Assembly (NCBI GenBank): GCA_973895155.1
Contig: OZ316894.1
Span: 15,926,699-15,990,698, forward strand
Length of the DNA stretch: 64,000 nucleotides
Origin: Marsupella aquatica
Taxonomy: Eukaryota; Plantae; Marchantiophyta
Direction of reading: 5' to 3'
Below, piece after piece: positions 1 to 15,000 of this stretch; position 1 is the stretch's first letter; every line of letters begins with the position of its first letter. The notes under the pieces are model-generated. The model was not told the DNA's origin. It saw only the letters and a list, made by a program, of their open reading frames with translations, and made no database searches. The translations under genes and the position numbers were made by a program.

Positions 1-3000
1 GCAAAATTTTGAAGGGTACCGGTGAGAAAAGCCTGCAACCAAACCAGATCCCACATTGGTCATTTGTTCTCAAAACTCTCGACAAGATCAGGCCATGCAA
101 AATTTCCACGAACTTGCAGTGTTCTGTTTAGGTGCTCAAGAATAAAGTTGTTTCTAATATAATTATACATGATCATTTCTGCTGAAATTGACGTTTTGCT
201 TGCCAATCGCCTTTAAATGACATCAGACACTTTAGAATATGTACAGCATGTGGTTAGTTATATGATCACAGATAGACAAGAACTTCGACGTTCATAAAGA
301 GACCTCCAAGTCTCAAATGCGCCTATTTGGACTTGAAGCTTGATTCACTCTCCGATTTCAGAAAATTCCATATTATCAAGCCCAACGATGAATATTGCGT
401 CCCCACACTGAATTTGGTACGAGGCTCATCAATGCAATTCTGCAAAACTGCATGAAATGGACGGAGTAGACAAGCGACTACTACTGTAGTTCATACGTCA
501 TTTCATACCTGAGGAAAGAAGAACCCAGAAATCCAGAATACAGCCGGTGCTCCACCCCCAATCCAGCCAGAAATAAAGCTACACCTCTCCATGAGATCGT
601 CCATCCAAAGAGCTAGAGGCTTTAGAGATGGATACGCCTTACTTGCCCACATGTCTGGTATCTGCACATAAATAACAAACACCTTATAGATGTTCGCCAT
701 TCGTGTAGGGGCTCCTTGGGGATCTTCCATTGTTTATGGCGCAGCTTCATACAAGAAAGAGCTTTACGCTAAACTCAGACAGAAATTTCATATACTGAGC
801 AGCAATATCACAATCTCATGGCAATGGTCTTGGCGAGTTCTTTGTGTCTCTATCAACGTCTCATGGGCGGTTGCGACGGTCTCTAGGTCTTTCTGCTACC
901 ACTCTTTCAATCTGATGTGCAAGTTTCGGTGCATATTAAACATGCAAAAAATGTGGAAGACAACAATTGGACAGTGTATGTGCCTTACCAGGTTGAGAAA
1001 AATGCTGTTGCAAAGCATCTCAAGGTCAGGAGACATAACAACCAGTCCCTTAAGTGCTTTGAGGGCATCTTGCATCGATTGCCTCATAACGGCCAAAAGC
1101 CCATTGTATCGTATGCACTCCTGAGTCAAAACAGTATTCATACTCTCATTGTACATAGTTGGGTAGCCTTGAAGAATCAATTCCAGGTCATAGAGAGGTG
1201 GGCACTGTGACAGCATTTCTCTGCATCTCTGTTCTATGACTTCCTCCCGTGACAATCCAGCACCTGCAGCTCGTTCTCTTGGCTGAAGAGCTAAAACAGT
1301 GGCATAAAGGTCATTTGACTCGTTCTGATCACAAGTAATGTCTGCGTTCTCGTGAAGGCCAAAGATCTCCGGCTTTGGTGCAAGCGGGATCTCTCTACAG
1401 AAGCTCAGGAAGGCATTAACATTTGCAGCGTCTGGCAGATGGAAGATACCAGATTCGCTGAAGGAATATTTCTTCTGAGTACAAACCTGATGAAATTCCA
1501 AAACAGTGCACACGTCAGAGTACATTATCATGGAGTTGTACAGGAAGGGGTCTAAGTTCTCGAGCTTTTGCACCGACACTGGAGAACTGGGGAAGCAGCA
1601 TGATTGAAGAAAAACAACTATTTCGTGCACGCAAGCAGTCATTTGCTATGTTCACATGGAGTTACCGCTCAAGGGACCTACCATCAGCTATTTGCTCGAT
1701 TGTGATTCTTGTGTGACAGATGGCAAACTAGAGCCAAACGTTACATCAAGACCACTACAACCAAGGCAGATACTGTCGCCGAGGGGGCTCAATGGACTTA
1801 CTGCTACTTATCCGTTACAGCTTTTCAATGACAGACCCCATACACTGCCTGATATCAAACTGAGCAAGAAAGCAACTTGAGGAATAGACAAGAACTAAAA
1901 GCAAAGGTTCACATATTTATATTGAGACCTCAGGTCGAATAAACGTGTGCAGAAGGGTGTTGATCAGTCTTCTGTCCTTGTCATCTGTCACTCGCCCTCC
2001 ATAATTGATTTCTCCCATAAGAAATCGAATAACCTGGCATCCAGGGAACAACTCTCAGACCCCTCACTCCTTGCCCTCTATTTTCTGCCTAGACATCTAA
2101 TAACAAGGATGCCACAAACTTGAAAGACAAACTGCACACTATCTGATTGTCTGTTGCTGTTTTCTTCGTTCTTGTAGCAAGTTTTTTATACCGTTCCAGC
2201 ATGTCCATGACCGTTTCCAATGGGCCTTGGTGGACTTGCCACAAGGTAATATATTTCCTTGCCACTTTTTAGGGTATTGGGTGCTTGAATTTCAAGTTCA
2301 TTCATAGACGTCTCTCCAAGTTGTAGAAAGAAATGATATCTATTCTTCTTGTCATGTGTTTCGTTTGAGGATACGAAATGGCACAATAGTTCAAGACAAA
2401 CATGTATACAAAACCTCAGGGATCCAAGATAGACCAGGAATACCTTGAAAGGAATCTCTTCGTACTCATTCAGGAACATTCGAACTTGCGTTTGGCACAT
2501 CCAGAGATCACCATCAGTGAAATCGTACCGTATATTCCAGCCAAGTGGACCAAATTTACGTCTCTCCTGAATGACAGCATGAAATAGAGAGGACGCAAAA
2601 ACAAGTTTCTTCCATTCCTCAGGCTTTGAGCAGTCGTTCAACTGCTTATCAGTATAGCGCAAATATGATCGAACCATATTAGATCGCAAGCCCTTGGGTG
2701 GCTCCAAAGTCATTTTGACTCCATTCTGTAAGATTGCAACAGGAAAATCTGGACTTGGCATGCTTGTCAACCACAGTCGGAAATCCTTGTGGACCTGAAA
2801 AGATGCACAATCTGTTCTTCAGCCGAGACAAAGAAGACAAAAGATTTGGTCGTCTTTAATACACCCTTATTTAAGTCCGAATTGTTTAATTCTTTCACAG
2901 TGCAGCTTGGGAGAACTTTTTTGTGAACGACGTGAAAGGGCCAAGCTACCCGGAAGAAGATATACCTTATCGAGGTCAATCATATCAACTATCCGGTCAA

Positions 3001-6000
3001 GTGCTGGCATCCACGATTGGGACAAGTGACAGTTCTGTAGGCAAACCCACATGCCACGCTCCATGCCCTGTGTAAGCAACTTCTCAGCTTTTGGACCTTG
3101 CCCTTGGCCGAGTGAAACCTGCACAACATCCAGCAAATTTGCATTTTACACATTACTTAAATCTTTGCGAATGCTAATCATGTGTATGCTCAGTATTCTA
3201 AGTATCTTGGGTTTTCTAGAGATCCTAGGTCTCGTCCGTGCCTTAACCATGCTGTACGGAGGAATTGGACAACGAAATGATGAACAAAAATGAAACAAAA
3301 AGTGAATAATGACAGATCTTAACGTGGGGCAAGGGATAGAAAGCAAAAGTTAAGAACGTAGTGAAAGGAAGGAAAGTAAATATTAAGCTTAAAATGCTTA
3401 GCTTGTTGGATCCGATCAGTGTAGGTAACATCCAATTGATTGTGAATATCAGAGTTGCAATGCTGAAGAGTTCTATATTCCTAGGAAACAAAAATCGTTC
3501 CCATTTGAGTCCCTGCCATTTTTATGGTGGATAGACTTGAGTGGTCACCTTTTCAAACTTCTTGGTAAATCGATAGTCTTCTGCAAGTTTTAGTAGATCA
3601 GCCATAGGGTCTGCTCCCGGAGAGAGAACAAATATGAGAGGTGAGTTTGGAGTTCCATCTTTGAAACATGTTGCAAGATCGAAGGCAGGTGGCTCAATGA
3701 AACGCTGTCCATTGTAGTGAGTAACAAAGTCCTGAAAGAAGATTAGTCATACGTCTTGTTAGATGCAAGAATGTAAAGGCCAGGGATGATTGGATTCTTC
3801 CCAGTTGAATTGAACGATCGCAAATCTCAATACCATAGTGCTTGTGGGGATGCCGTGCAGAGTTGTACCTGGATGCCCAGGAGTGACTTGTCAATCCGGA
3901 GGCACCGTAGAACCAACAGCTTTTGTAGCTTGTCAAGATTTTGATCCCACTCACCAGCAAGGGGCATCCGATGAGCCTCAGAGCTGTCAAAGTACTTCTT
4001 GTAATGTGATATATTTGAAATAACATGCTTTTCAAATCCTTCAAACCGTGGTAGCTTTGAAAGGTTCAGAATATCTGACCATGACTGCATTTCATTTGAT
4101 GGCAAAAAGTGAGAAAGAAACCAGCGAGTTATACAAGAATCAGACATACTCCTCTGCATAAGATTCTCATAAATATGACAGCCATCCCTCAGTTACCCCA
4201 GCTTGAGATGGATTTGGGGAGACTCGTTGTCTTGACTGTGAACCGTCTGTGTTTCTATCATGCCGATGAGGTGCAGACCATTGTCAGAGCCATGCAACCA
4301 ATTGACAAACAAAATACATGGCCAAACAAAGCACCTTGTCAGTAAGCCAATCTGTGGCTGGATTAGGTGTGGTTATTGATCCTCCAACCCCACCTGACAA
4401 GAGAAATCGCCATTCATTGCTATGAACATCACCCGTACCCTGCACAAGAAACCATTTCAGAGGGACAATTCCAGTTAGCATTCTTTAGAGTTCGGGTCTG
4501 TTTGTTACAGTTGCCTGATAAATGATTTTATGAAATTGACTATCTAACACTCCGTGACATTGACTTGCCCCTTCATCTATTAACAATATGTAGCAGCTTT
4601 CATTCAATTAGTTGTACAAGTGCTGGAGCTACTGCAGATAGCCGGAGCATGGGCTATTATAGACTAAACGTTGTTAAGGATGACTTTTTTATGAAGTTCT
4701 TGCAGCTTCCAAAAGTCAGACTATGCAACTGCATATAAGGTTAGAATTCCTAAATCCAAGATTTCATTGAAGGAGAACAGTCATCAGAATATGATACCAA
4801 TGAAGGAATAAAACCACTTACTTGGAGGATCTTGACGCAGAGCATGAGGGAGAACATGAGCTTGTGTTTCTCAAACAAGGAACGGCAAACATTTACATAC
4901 AACGAGTAGGTGAAATATTCAATGAGATTTTCAAGCCGCTTCTCAATGACTGTCGACTGGGCAGCATTGTCCATAGCTCGGACAAAAAGGCCAATAAACC
5001 AAGCTAAACTGTACTGGTACATGGGATCAACTGAAGCCAGGTCTGAGATACAAAAGAATAGTAAAGATGCCCTTGTCGCAACTTTGCGATAGACCTGCAG
5101 GTTTTAGGGGATTATCCACAATGAGTGACAGTACGACAATAGATCTATACGTAGCCTGGCCAAAAAATGTAAACAAAGATCTATTTGAAGTCTTGAAGGA
5201 CCCAAATGGGCCATGTATAGGAGAAAACTATATCAGTGAGAGAATATTGGTCAGGCATCAATCACCTCACGGGTTTTGTCGATCTCAACCTCGGTCTTCT
5301 CTGCTTCTTGAACCTTAACTTTTATCTCATCTGACGTAATTTTGGATTGCGCCAACGTATTGATGAGCTCTTCATCGTCAAGTATGTTGCCCTGTACCAA
5401 AAATACAGACCATCAATGCTATGGTATCCTTGCAGATACTGCCATAGGTGCGGTAATGCTTATTTGCCAGGAAGCATACTCATTTTCGGTCCAGCGTTTA
5501 TTGTTTGAACTTACAACCAAGGCTGTTTGCTGTGTTTTTCCACACTCTCTGCGTGCAAAAACTGGACAAAAGACTGTTCCGCGATACTTTCTATATATCT
5601 GTCACTTTTCTGACTTCTGAAAGTACATACTATTGCCCATGGGTAGCAATTAGTATTTCATCCTGGTCAGAAGCAATACCTCTGCATTCGATAACAAGTA
5701 CAGGATTTTTGCTTCAAGCTCCTTCAACTCACGTTTCATACTGGCATTTGATAGTGTCAATTGAGTTTTCATTTCTGCTAGATCAGGCCTTTCCTTAGTT
5801 ACCACATTTCCCAACAGTTGATCCTCCAAACCTTCAGGTGTCACAAAGAAATTGAGGAGGGTAACTTTGACACTCACCTACATAGATGACAACCAAAAGT
5901 GCATGAGACAGCAAATTGAACCGGATTAGTATAAATTCTGGATAGATATGGATTCCTGGAATACATAAAACACTCACAGTTATTTCCGAAAGTAGCGACA

Positions 6001-9000
6001 TTTTGGTTTCAGCACAATCTGACTGAGCATCCTAGCTACCACACATGCCATCAAAATGGCTACCCCATTGACAGGTAAGTGAAAGCACATTGTTGGAGTT
6101 CATTCCTATTGTGGAAGTGTAGGTTTACAGAAGAGAAAATAGTAACTCCCCATTTTCACATAACTCAGCTGTGGGGATTCTCAGGTAAACCCGGAGATAC
6201 GAAAGCAATACTTCGTATTTAGAGAAACTTTTACCTCAGGAGCATAGTGTGGGTTTCGGAGCTTGGTAGTTATGAAGAATTTGAAATTCTTGTGGTATGG
6301 AATAATATTTTCACCGATTTTAATAACCTCTTGGCCCCCTTGTTTGTATGTTTGCTGCAGAAGAAGTGGTTCCAATGCAGGATCTAGTTGTTCCAACACA
6401 TTTTCTAGAAGTACCACCCGTCCAAATCTGACTCCGTTCTCCAAAGTGCGAAGATAATCTTTCTCGGATAACTTTATCACATCCAAACCAATATCTTTGT
6501 ACATGTTCTTTATCCACTTATTGGCTTGTCCCTGTTGTGAATAGTAGTCTGTCAGCGTGATAATTCCACATGTTACTCATTCTATAGATTTCCAATTTCG
6601 ATGTCTCTCATGAGAATTTGGGATTCTAGTAAGATGGATCGATCTCCTTTTGATCTCACAGTGGAAATTATGTGTACCTGAGGATCGATCATGAGAGGCC
6701 ACCGTCGCGCTTTATTGACAATGATGCCATTATCTTCACTAAGGGAATCACTGGGCAGGCCTGCTATATTCCATGCCCTCATCTTCACTGGATCTTTCAA
6801 GCATGACTGAAGAGTTACCCCTGGGGTATGAGGTAACTGTAATTCAAATTTTGACGTTAGTTAATTTTCCAAGCTTTGAGGTAGGAGAATGTGGGCAACT
6901 CAATCAAGAAATCTTCAGAAATTGAATTGTTCTAATAAATCTTTAAAAATCCACGGAACCTCAAATCAGTCAAAAGGGCTCATTGCCAACTGTAGCAAGA
7001 GAAAACGGTTTGCAATTGACAATACAAGGCACACTAGAAGCCTGAAAAGCAGGGAACAATTATTTCCTTGTGTTCGCACTGTTACCCGGTCTTCTTCACA
7101 AGACACGAGGCAATTTTGTTTCGGGACACTTCATTCTGGTTTAGGAATTAAAATGAATAAGCACTGTAAATCCAGCACTAATACCTTCAATTCCGCGACC
7201 AATCTGACCCAGTCTTTATTGAAACTGGCCCTGTATGTAGGTGTGAACGGGCCTGTGTATGCAATTGCCCCAGCAGCCACACATACATCTCCTACCACAT
7301 TCTTAATATCAATCTCAAGACTTGCTATGTTGGCAATCCATCTTGTCCTCTCACCACCAAGCCCACCGATCAGCTTTTCTGCATTTGCTAACTTTCTCTC
7401 GCAGTCTGCTGCTTGTTTGGCTAAAGCGTCTTTCTTGGCAATAGCAGCTGTCAAATCAGCTTCCAAGACCACTATTTTTGCCTCCACCTGTTGTTTACAC
7501 CAGAATTGATTGAGAAACCCTTTCGAGCCTTCAAATGGATGGTGTGAATAACCAAACCTAATGAAAAAGGAGCTTTAATTGGTGTTGAGTTCGTAATTTT
7601 AGAACTGAAAGAGAAAATAGAAGCAAAAGAGTAGCTCACTCCATTTAGGAGTTCCAGGCCCGGAATTCTGAGGGGAAAGTGGAGCACGATAGTCGTTTCG
7701 ATATTAACATGTATAATATGTCAGCGCTTTAGAACAAATGTTTTTCTCTTTCCGTTATGTAACATGTTGTACCTCTAGGAGCTTTTGCTGTGCTTCATGG
7801 AGTTGCTTCAGAACGGAATCCAGCACAGCCTGTGCTTCCGCTAACATGGCACGCTTTGGAGCAACTACCTTGCAGACCAAATAGTAAGAGTGCATGGCCC
7901 TCACCCACATGCATATAGATGTGCACGCCTTTGAAACTCTTGAGACCTGCATATATACATACCGTGACAGTTACTGGCTCATTGTTTTCAGCACAAACAA
8001 ACAATCCTTAAATTCCTTATATACTTAATTGTAAAGCCTGAACGAGGATCTGGAATAAAGACCTCTCCATCACTCTACATAATTAGGCCAAACAACAAGC
8101 AAAGCCAAAAGACATTTTAGAAAAAAAGAGGAAAGCTACCGTTCGAATCATTTTACAAACCAGTATACTTCTCTTAGCCAACAAACTGATACATTCTCCT
8201 GAATTTTCATTAAACGTGGTCTTTAATTGGAAATGTGGAAATTTTCCTCAAGAAGTTCTCTAGGTAGAATTTGATATCGATTGCAATCGTTGAAATTCAA
8301 AGTTCCCACAAAGAAGACACGTCTAAATACCCAGACAAATTAGAGTTATAAAAACACCAGGAAGTTTATGAAGGAACCTGTTCTGGTGTGAAAGACTCCA
8401 TCGCAAGGAAAGGTTCAATCTTTGCAATAACAGCATCAGGGATATTATCCTTATCAAATTGTAATAAAGAGTCGAGAAATTTGGTCGGATCAGTTAATAA
8501 CTTTCCACTGGCCTCCCAGTAGTCTGCTATTTTTTTCCCAAACTGCAATACATACCACAGTCAACTTGCAGTCTTTCATTTGTCATCCCAATTGCAAGTA
8601 ACTTGAATTGATATTCTCATCCCATTCATCTGTCCAGGTACAGCAGTGATGGATACTGATCGCAGCGTGGAAGGCAAAAAGCGTAGAGTCCACACGTAAC
8701 AGTCACTAATAGTCTAGTAAATTGGATGCATGGCTTCTATTATAACCGCATTGAAATTTGTGCTACTAATTTGTTTTGGCCTGAATCACTATTGTGGGAA
8801 GACCATGTGTCACGACATTTTGGTTATTTTATGATTACTAAAATACTTTATTCCAGGCTCGACACAGGATAAGACAAGACTGAAAGCAATATCGAGAACT
8901 GGGAAGAATCTTGCCTTTGCAGGATCAGGAATCATTTTTGGAGTTTGTTGAAACATAATACAGCAGGCCTCCATCACCATTTTAACACCCTCTGGTGGAT

Positions 9001-12000
9001 TTTTGAGGGACTTCACCTCAACAATGTCATTCCTTGTCAAAAGTTTGAGGGAAGTCAGGGCCGCTTCAAGAGCTGGCAACGCCTTATCGAGCTCTACTTG
9101 AGCACTGTCAGCAATTTCTTTGGCCTTAGCTGCCATTTTGTTAGCCTCTGCTTCTTGTTTTCCAACCTGCACAGAATTCACCAGTACTTATCCCTTGCCT
9201 CAGCGTAACAACGGTCAACAAGTTAAATTCACTTCTCTCAGTCCAATGCTACGGTTCAAGCATATCTCAGTAGGCGTGTCGTCCTCATTCATAAACATTA
9301 ATAGTGCTGCTCAACAGAAGTCCACATGTAAAGGCTTGGAGTTCTCTTGAGCTAGATAATTGAGTACTTGTCCGATGATCAAGATATGAAACAATGCAAT
9401 ACAGAAAGTGCACTGAATACGATCATCACAGCACCCTGTGCTTAGTTTTTTTTTTTTGCTTTCTTAGACTTTAGTTCCATAATTGCAAAGGATAAATAGC
9501 TCTTGTGGTTATCTCTGTTCATTAAGCAAACATTGAGCTGAATCACATGTAAATCAACCTCTTGCTTGGTGACGTCAGCAGCCTTCTTGTCGCTTGAAAT
9601 GGCAGCCATCATCTCGTCTGCGTCCTTTGCTGCAGCCTTCACAACAGGTGTCAAAGCTGTCAACTCTGCCTGCATAACGGTCACCTCCTCTGCGGTAGTA
9701 AGAAGTTTGTCCAAACCAGCCTCAAGCCGTCCTTTCAGCTCTTTCAGTTCTGCAGTTTTCTCTCCCATTTGCTTGATAAAGAGGTTCAGAAGCTCAAGGT
9801 AGCTCGTTGGAGTGACATAATTGTGTCGACTTAGCTCTTGTAAGAAATCCTTAGAACGCTTTTCAACTGATTGATGAACGTGCACACAAACTGTGACGAT
9901 CTTAGCGACCTGTTGCAGCAAAACGCAGTCAGTCACTCCATCTCGACTGCTTGATAGATTATGATATTTTCGTGTAATTAACCGTCTGATCAACATTAGC
10001 TACGGGAGGATAGGAATGAAATCGTAAGCACGTGATCGTAATCTTATCTTGTCAGGTGGTCTCGCCTGGGCTCCCTGGTTAGCATACCTCATCAGTATTT
10101 AGGACACCCGTAGCCGTCAGAAAGTTCCTGGCCACTGACTTTAAGGCTTCTTCTGGCCACTCACTGAACCAATCAATTGTGCAACAATTTACAAGGGATG
10201 GAAACATTCGCAGCCTTGTCCGAAAAGTATCTCCAATTGGGCTCATGGCCAATATCACGTGAAGATTTTTTCGAACTTGTTTGAGAAACTCTGTCTGCAT
10301 AGTCAGTTTGGTAACAGGAGTACCCGCTGACAAAAGAATAGGACGCATGGCATTTGCAATTGCATCGTAATCTTCATTCTTCCACAAATTTGGCACCTGA
10401 GAATTTAGTATACGTACGTAAGAACGCTATCTGATGTGCTTGCGAAGATATTAGATTCTTATCTTGCAGCTTTCAATGCTTCATCGACTGATGATTTCTC
10501 CCGGGCAGCTACAAGGTTTAGGGTTATTTTCCTTTGATGTAGGAAATCAGAATGAATGCACGATTGTCGGGATGCAATAAATCAATTTGCAATCAGAAGC
10601 ACAAGATGTCCAAAGCGAGTAGTTCTATCTAACAGATCCTTAGCGGACCGGAGACTCTATAACTGGTAATTGACAGAGAGCTACGAGGGCAATACATGTC
10701 AGCGTTAGACACTGTATCCCAACATGCTGGTTTCAAGTTGGATGCAGCTTGACTAATACAACCTGCCTTTCAGACTGAATCTACCCATCTCAAAATGGTC
10801 CTCATGAGACATTGATAATTCAGAACACCATCCTCTACGACCCAGCTTATTACAGGATATTACCTCTCCAGAATTTAGTATATTGTTGATATCTTCTAAA
10901 AACGACTCCATAATGATTTGTGTGTCTGAAAATAAAAACACAGTTTCCTTGTCTTCCAAACCTGCCTTGAACAACACCCTTCTCAAATCATCTTTCCACT
11001 CATTATTTCCATATCCTTTAGCGATTTCAACCTGTGACATGAGCCAAAACCAACAAAAGTTCAATCCTGTCAATCAAAATCATAATCTGGCCACTCGGGA
11101 CATAACTTACAAAACCTCACTTATAACGCTTAATGTTATCTTTTGGCCATATACCTGGACCCCGTGTCATGGAACTAAGGCAACGGAGGGACCAAATGAA
11201 TTCCAACAAAAAAACAACGGTAAAAACACAATTTGGGAGTTTGAAATTTATACCTGTATCAATTCAAACTCTTGTATGAATGTAGCAAGTTTAGAAAGAC
11301 TCTGTCTTCCACTTCCACCCACTCCCAGTAGCAGGGCGTTTCCGAGGGGAAGCCGGATGACTCTGCAGATTCGGGAGACATGTTCGATGGCATCCAAGAA
11401 CAACACAAGATTCATGGGAGCATTACTCATCGAGTTGTACGATTCCAAGTACTCATACATAGTTTTTTGAAGACCTGGGATATCAATAACCTGCAACGAC
11501 AAGAGAAAGGAACACAGTTCATCCTTCTGTGGACCTTAATATCCTTTGATCCTTTGTGCTTTACTACTTCTGCAACTCACTCGAAAGGTTGCACGAAAAC
11601 TAATTTTGGAACACGGGACAAGTGGTTAATTTTGAACCATAGCAGGAAGGTGACTATCTTCAGTGCTTTAGTTTTCCCTGTATCTTGTCTTATGTCCAAA
11701 GGAGGTTACCAAGCTGGCCTTATGTTGGAGATAATCTTATTGCACAAGAATGAAATGGTGAATCAAGCACAGTCCCCAAGCTTTGTTCACGCGAATGAAG
11801 GTCTCCTTTCACAGAGTCAAAGGCATTCAATGGTAACACAATGAAAAACTTCTTCAATAGGAGAAGACGTAAATGGAGGGATGTGGATGGGTATCCGTTG
11901 ACACTTTGGTATTCCAATCAAGAGAGAACTGTGAAACTACTCCATTACAAGGTTTTTCTCCACGAAACAGTACTATTGCTAGATTTGAGACATCTTCCGG

Positions 12001-15000
12001 ACAAGTTTAATCTGCACTTTAATTTCACATTCAAATTATTTAATGCATTTCCTTCTTCCCTTCCACGAATTTAGTTCTCCAAATCATATGAATCCCGTCA
12101 GCATGATGGCCATCAAAGATCACCAATAGAAGGAAACTTTTCTCATATTTTCATTGCTTGTAGCTGTCAAATACCTACTGATGTCTCCTAAAATACCTAT
12201 TCGCGCGAGACAATATTTCTGGAGAGGAGCATATATTTTCTGTTCAATCTAATGACCATCAATCTGTTCATACTGATGTTGATTCAGCTTACATTTAGTT
12301 CTAAGGAATACTTTGCTCTGGGCTAATATTCGATCTGAGCTCCCAAGATGTGGAACGAATATTCTCATATTTCTAGTCAGGCTCTTGTATGACCTCTGAA
12401 AACAAACTGCGAATTGAAAACAAGATGAAGGCGTTAACTCTTCATGTATGGCTTAACTAACCTCTTCATATATTTTGACATCGGATTGAGGATGGATGAA
12501 ATCTCCAAGTATAATTCGTTCAAGCTTGAAAAGACTCTCCCATGTCATCTGAAAGTGCTTATCCAATTGAGTCTTCAGACAGCCCCTGAACCAGGCCCTG
12601 TCTTCATCATTGATAAGACGATCCTGCCTCACACAACATCTCGTCACTGCCATATTCACATCAACACTGATTCCTAAGTGACGTTCGTCCTATTTACAGC
12701 CCATTTACATCCCCATGGACGGTCATTTCTGCCAGTTACACCCCACGGAATAATCTTTTACGGGGTGGAATCTGCATCTGCCTTTACAGTTCAGTTGAAC
12801 AATAATAGCGTGGACATTGTACAATGGATATTGTCATTTGGGAAAAAGATTTGCAATTTCCATTATTTTACCTGCATTTATATTGGATAGGTCATTATTA
12901 CTGCCAGAAACAAATTTTGTAGCCTTGCTGTTAAGCAACCAAAACGAGCTTTAATGGAGGCATTGGTCACAGCAAAACCTTCCTAATGTAACTAAAGATT
13001 GTAAAATTACCTGAAACACACGCATTGCTTCATGGATCCAAAGTTTGATAACTTGCTTGACGTCAAGTGTGGTTTTCATGTCTGCACGTAGTACACCCTG
13101 TACAACCTTACTCAAGTCTCGCAAATTGAAAGTGTAGTGAGACTTTGCTGGTGTTGGAAGGAGCTCCTTTCTGATCGTGTTGTAAATTTCGACTGTCCCA
13201 CTGACTAAGGGCTCAACTGCTGATTTTATTTGGTCAGGAAACCCCAGAGCAAATGTAGCAGACAAGATGGTTGTGAATATAAGATTCAGACTGTCATCAG
13301 GCATCTCAGTGAAGGATAGAAAGTTGAAATGACGCAAAAAGCGCATGGTGACAGGATTCCTCCCTCCTCCAGGGGGACCCATACAGCCGACGAATTGTAT
13401 ATCAACAAGGGTTCGAAATGCGCATGGTGGGTGCCTGTCATACCAACCCTTGTGGTCCATCCACTGACGAAGAATCTCAATAGGAGGCTGAGCAAAGTAT
13501 TTCTCTCTCTGAGGCATATTCACATCATCAACAAATATGACATACTTTTTCATGCTTGGAGGACCAAACACCCCCTTTCTTCTCTTTTCCGTCTTAGAAT
13601 CTATCAAGTCCTGAGTCTGATTAGCCCCAGTCCTAGCTGAAAAATTGATAAACATAGGGACATAGGCGCTATCCATATGGTTCAGCAGTTTATCTCTCAC
13701 AACGAGGGTCTTCCCTGTGCCGGTGTTTCCAACACAGAGCACATGCTTGGCAATCATCAGCAAGGAATGGAGTACACCTTTATAACCAACAGAACTTGCA
13801 GTAGGAACGATGAGTTCTGAAAAAGGTGTCTTTGGATCACATATGTACTGTGGTATGGTCGCCATCCATGTGCTCCAAGTCATACTGACATGATTAAAAG
13901 TGTACTGGAAAACATCCCCTTCAAAGGGTGGTGCCTTCTCAATCTGATTCTCGTACATTGTATCTCGCATGAAGGTATCAAACTTAACACGAGATTCATT
14001 GTCACAGCTAGCTCCTGATGACCAAATCGTTGCAAACATGAACAAAGGCTCAATGATCTGCATAAATCATGCCAGGTAGGTGCTTTGTGAGAATCATCCT
14101 GCTACTTTAGCCAGGAATTGAAGTTGGACTTGTACCAGAAACTTCTACGTCCACAAACTATGTGTCACGGCTGACAGGCAACAAAGCCGCAGCATCCATC
14201 ACATCAATAGATCCAAGGTGGTCTTGAATTGACAAAACAGCCTAATTTCATTGAAAATCAGTGTGAGAAGCCAAGAAAACCATGATAGTCGTTTTTCACC
14301 TGAGGTAATCTTGCTAACTCCTCGTCGGATAGAACCTGAACTCCTCCGTCTTTGCAATATGAAACCAACATGGAATCCATCACATTGAACAAGCTGATGA
14401 TTAAGTTGTCATCAGATGTGGTCACAGTTTGCTTCAGAAACTTTCTTACAAGCCTTGTCGCCCCAACTGAAATGTTTCGGAACCACTTCGTGAACTTTTC
14501 CTCGAATACTGATACGTGTTTGGGAATTCTCTGCAACCATGAAGTAAGTAAAGGATCGAATCCTCGCGCAGACGGTTCCATGAATACCATCCCACATCGA
14601 CTTACAGTTGCTGGTGATGCTACAGCCAGATCTTCGACTTCAAACATCATTGTCATAGTCGGTGACATTTGTATGATTTCACCACTCACCAAACAGAGTT
14701 TCTTGTTGTCGTCAAGGACTGTGTTCTACACACTCAGAGCACCAACCGACCGCCCACTATCAGTATCTAGATTACCTTGAGAATAGATCACGTCCAACTG
14801 CAGCTACAACGTATGTCGGACATCGAGATCGTAATGATCATTTTCAGTAGAGAAGGCAACTTTGGGCTTGACATATATTGACTAAATTCTAGTGCAGTTT
14901 CTAGCTCTATCTGTTGGGAAATATACATCGTAATCACCATTTAAAGTACAGTAGAGATGGCACCACTGGGTTTGACATCGTTCGCCTCCGTTCAAGTTTA

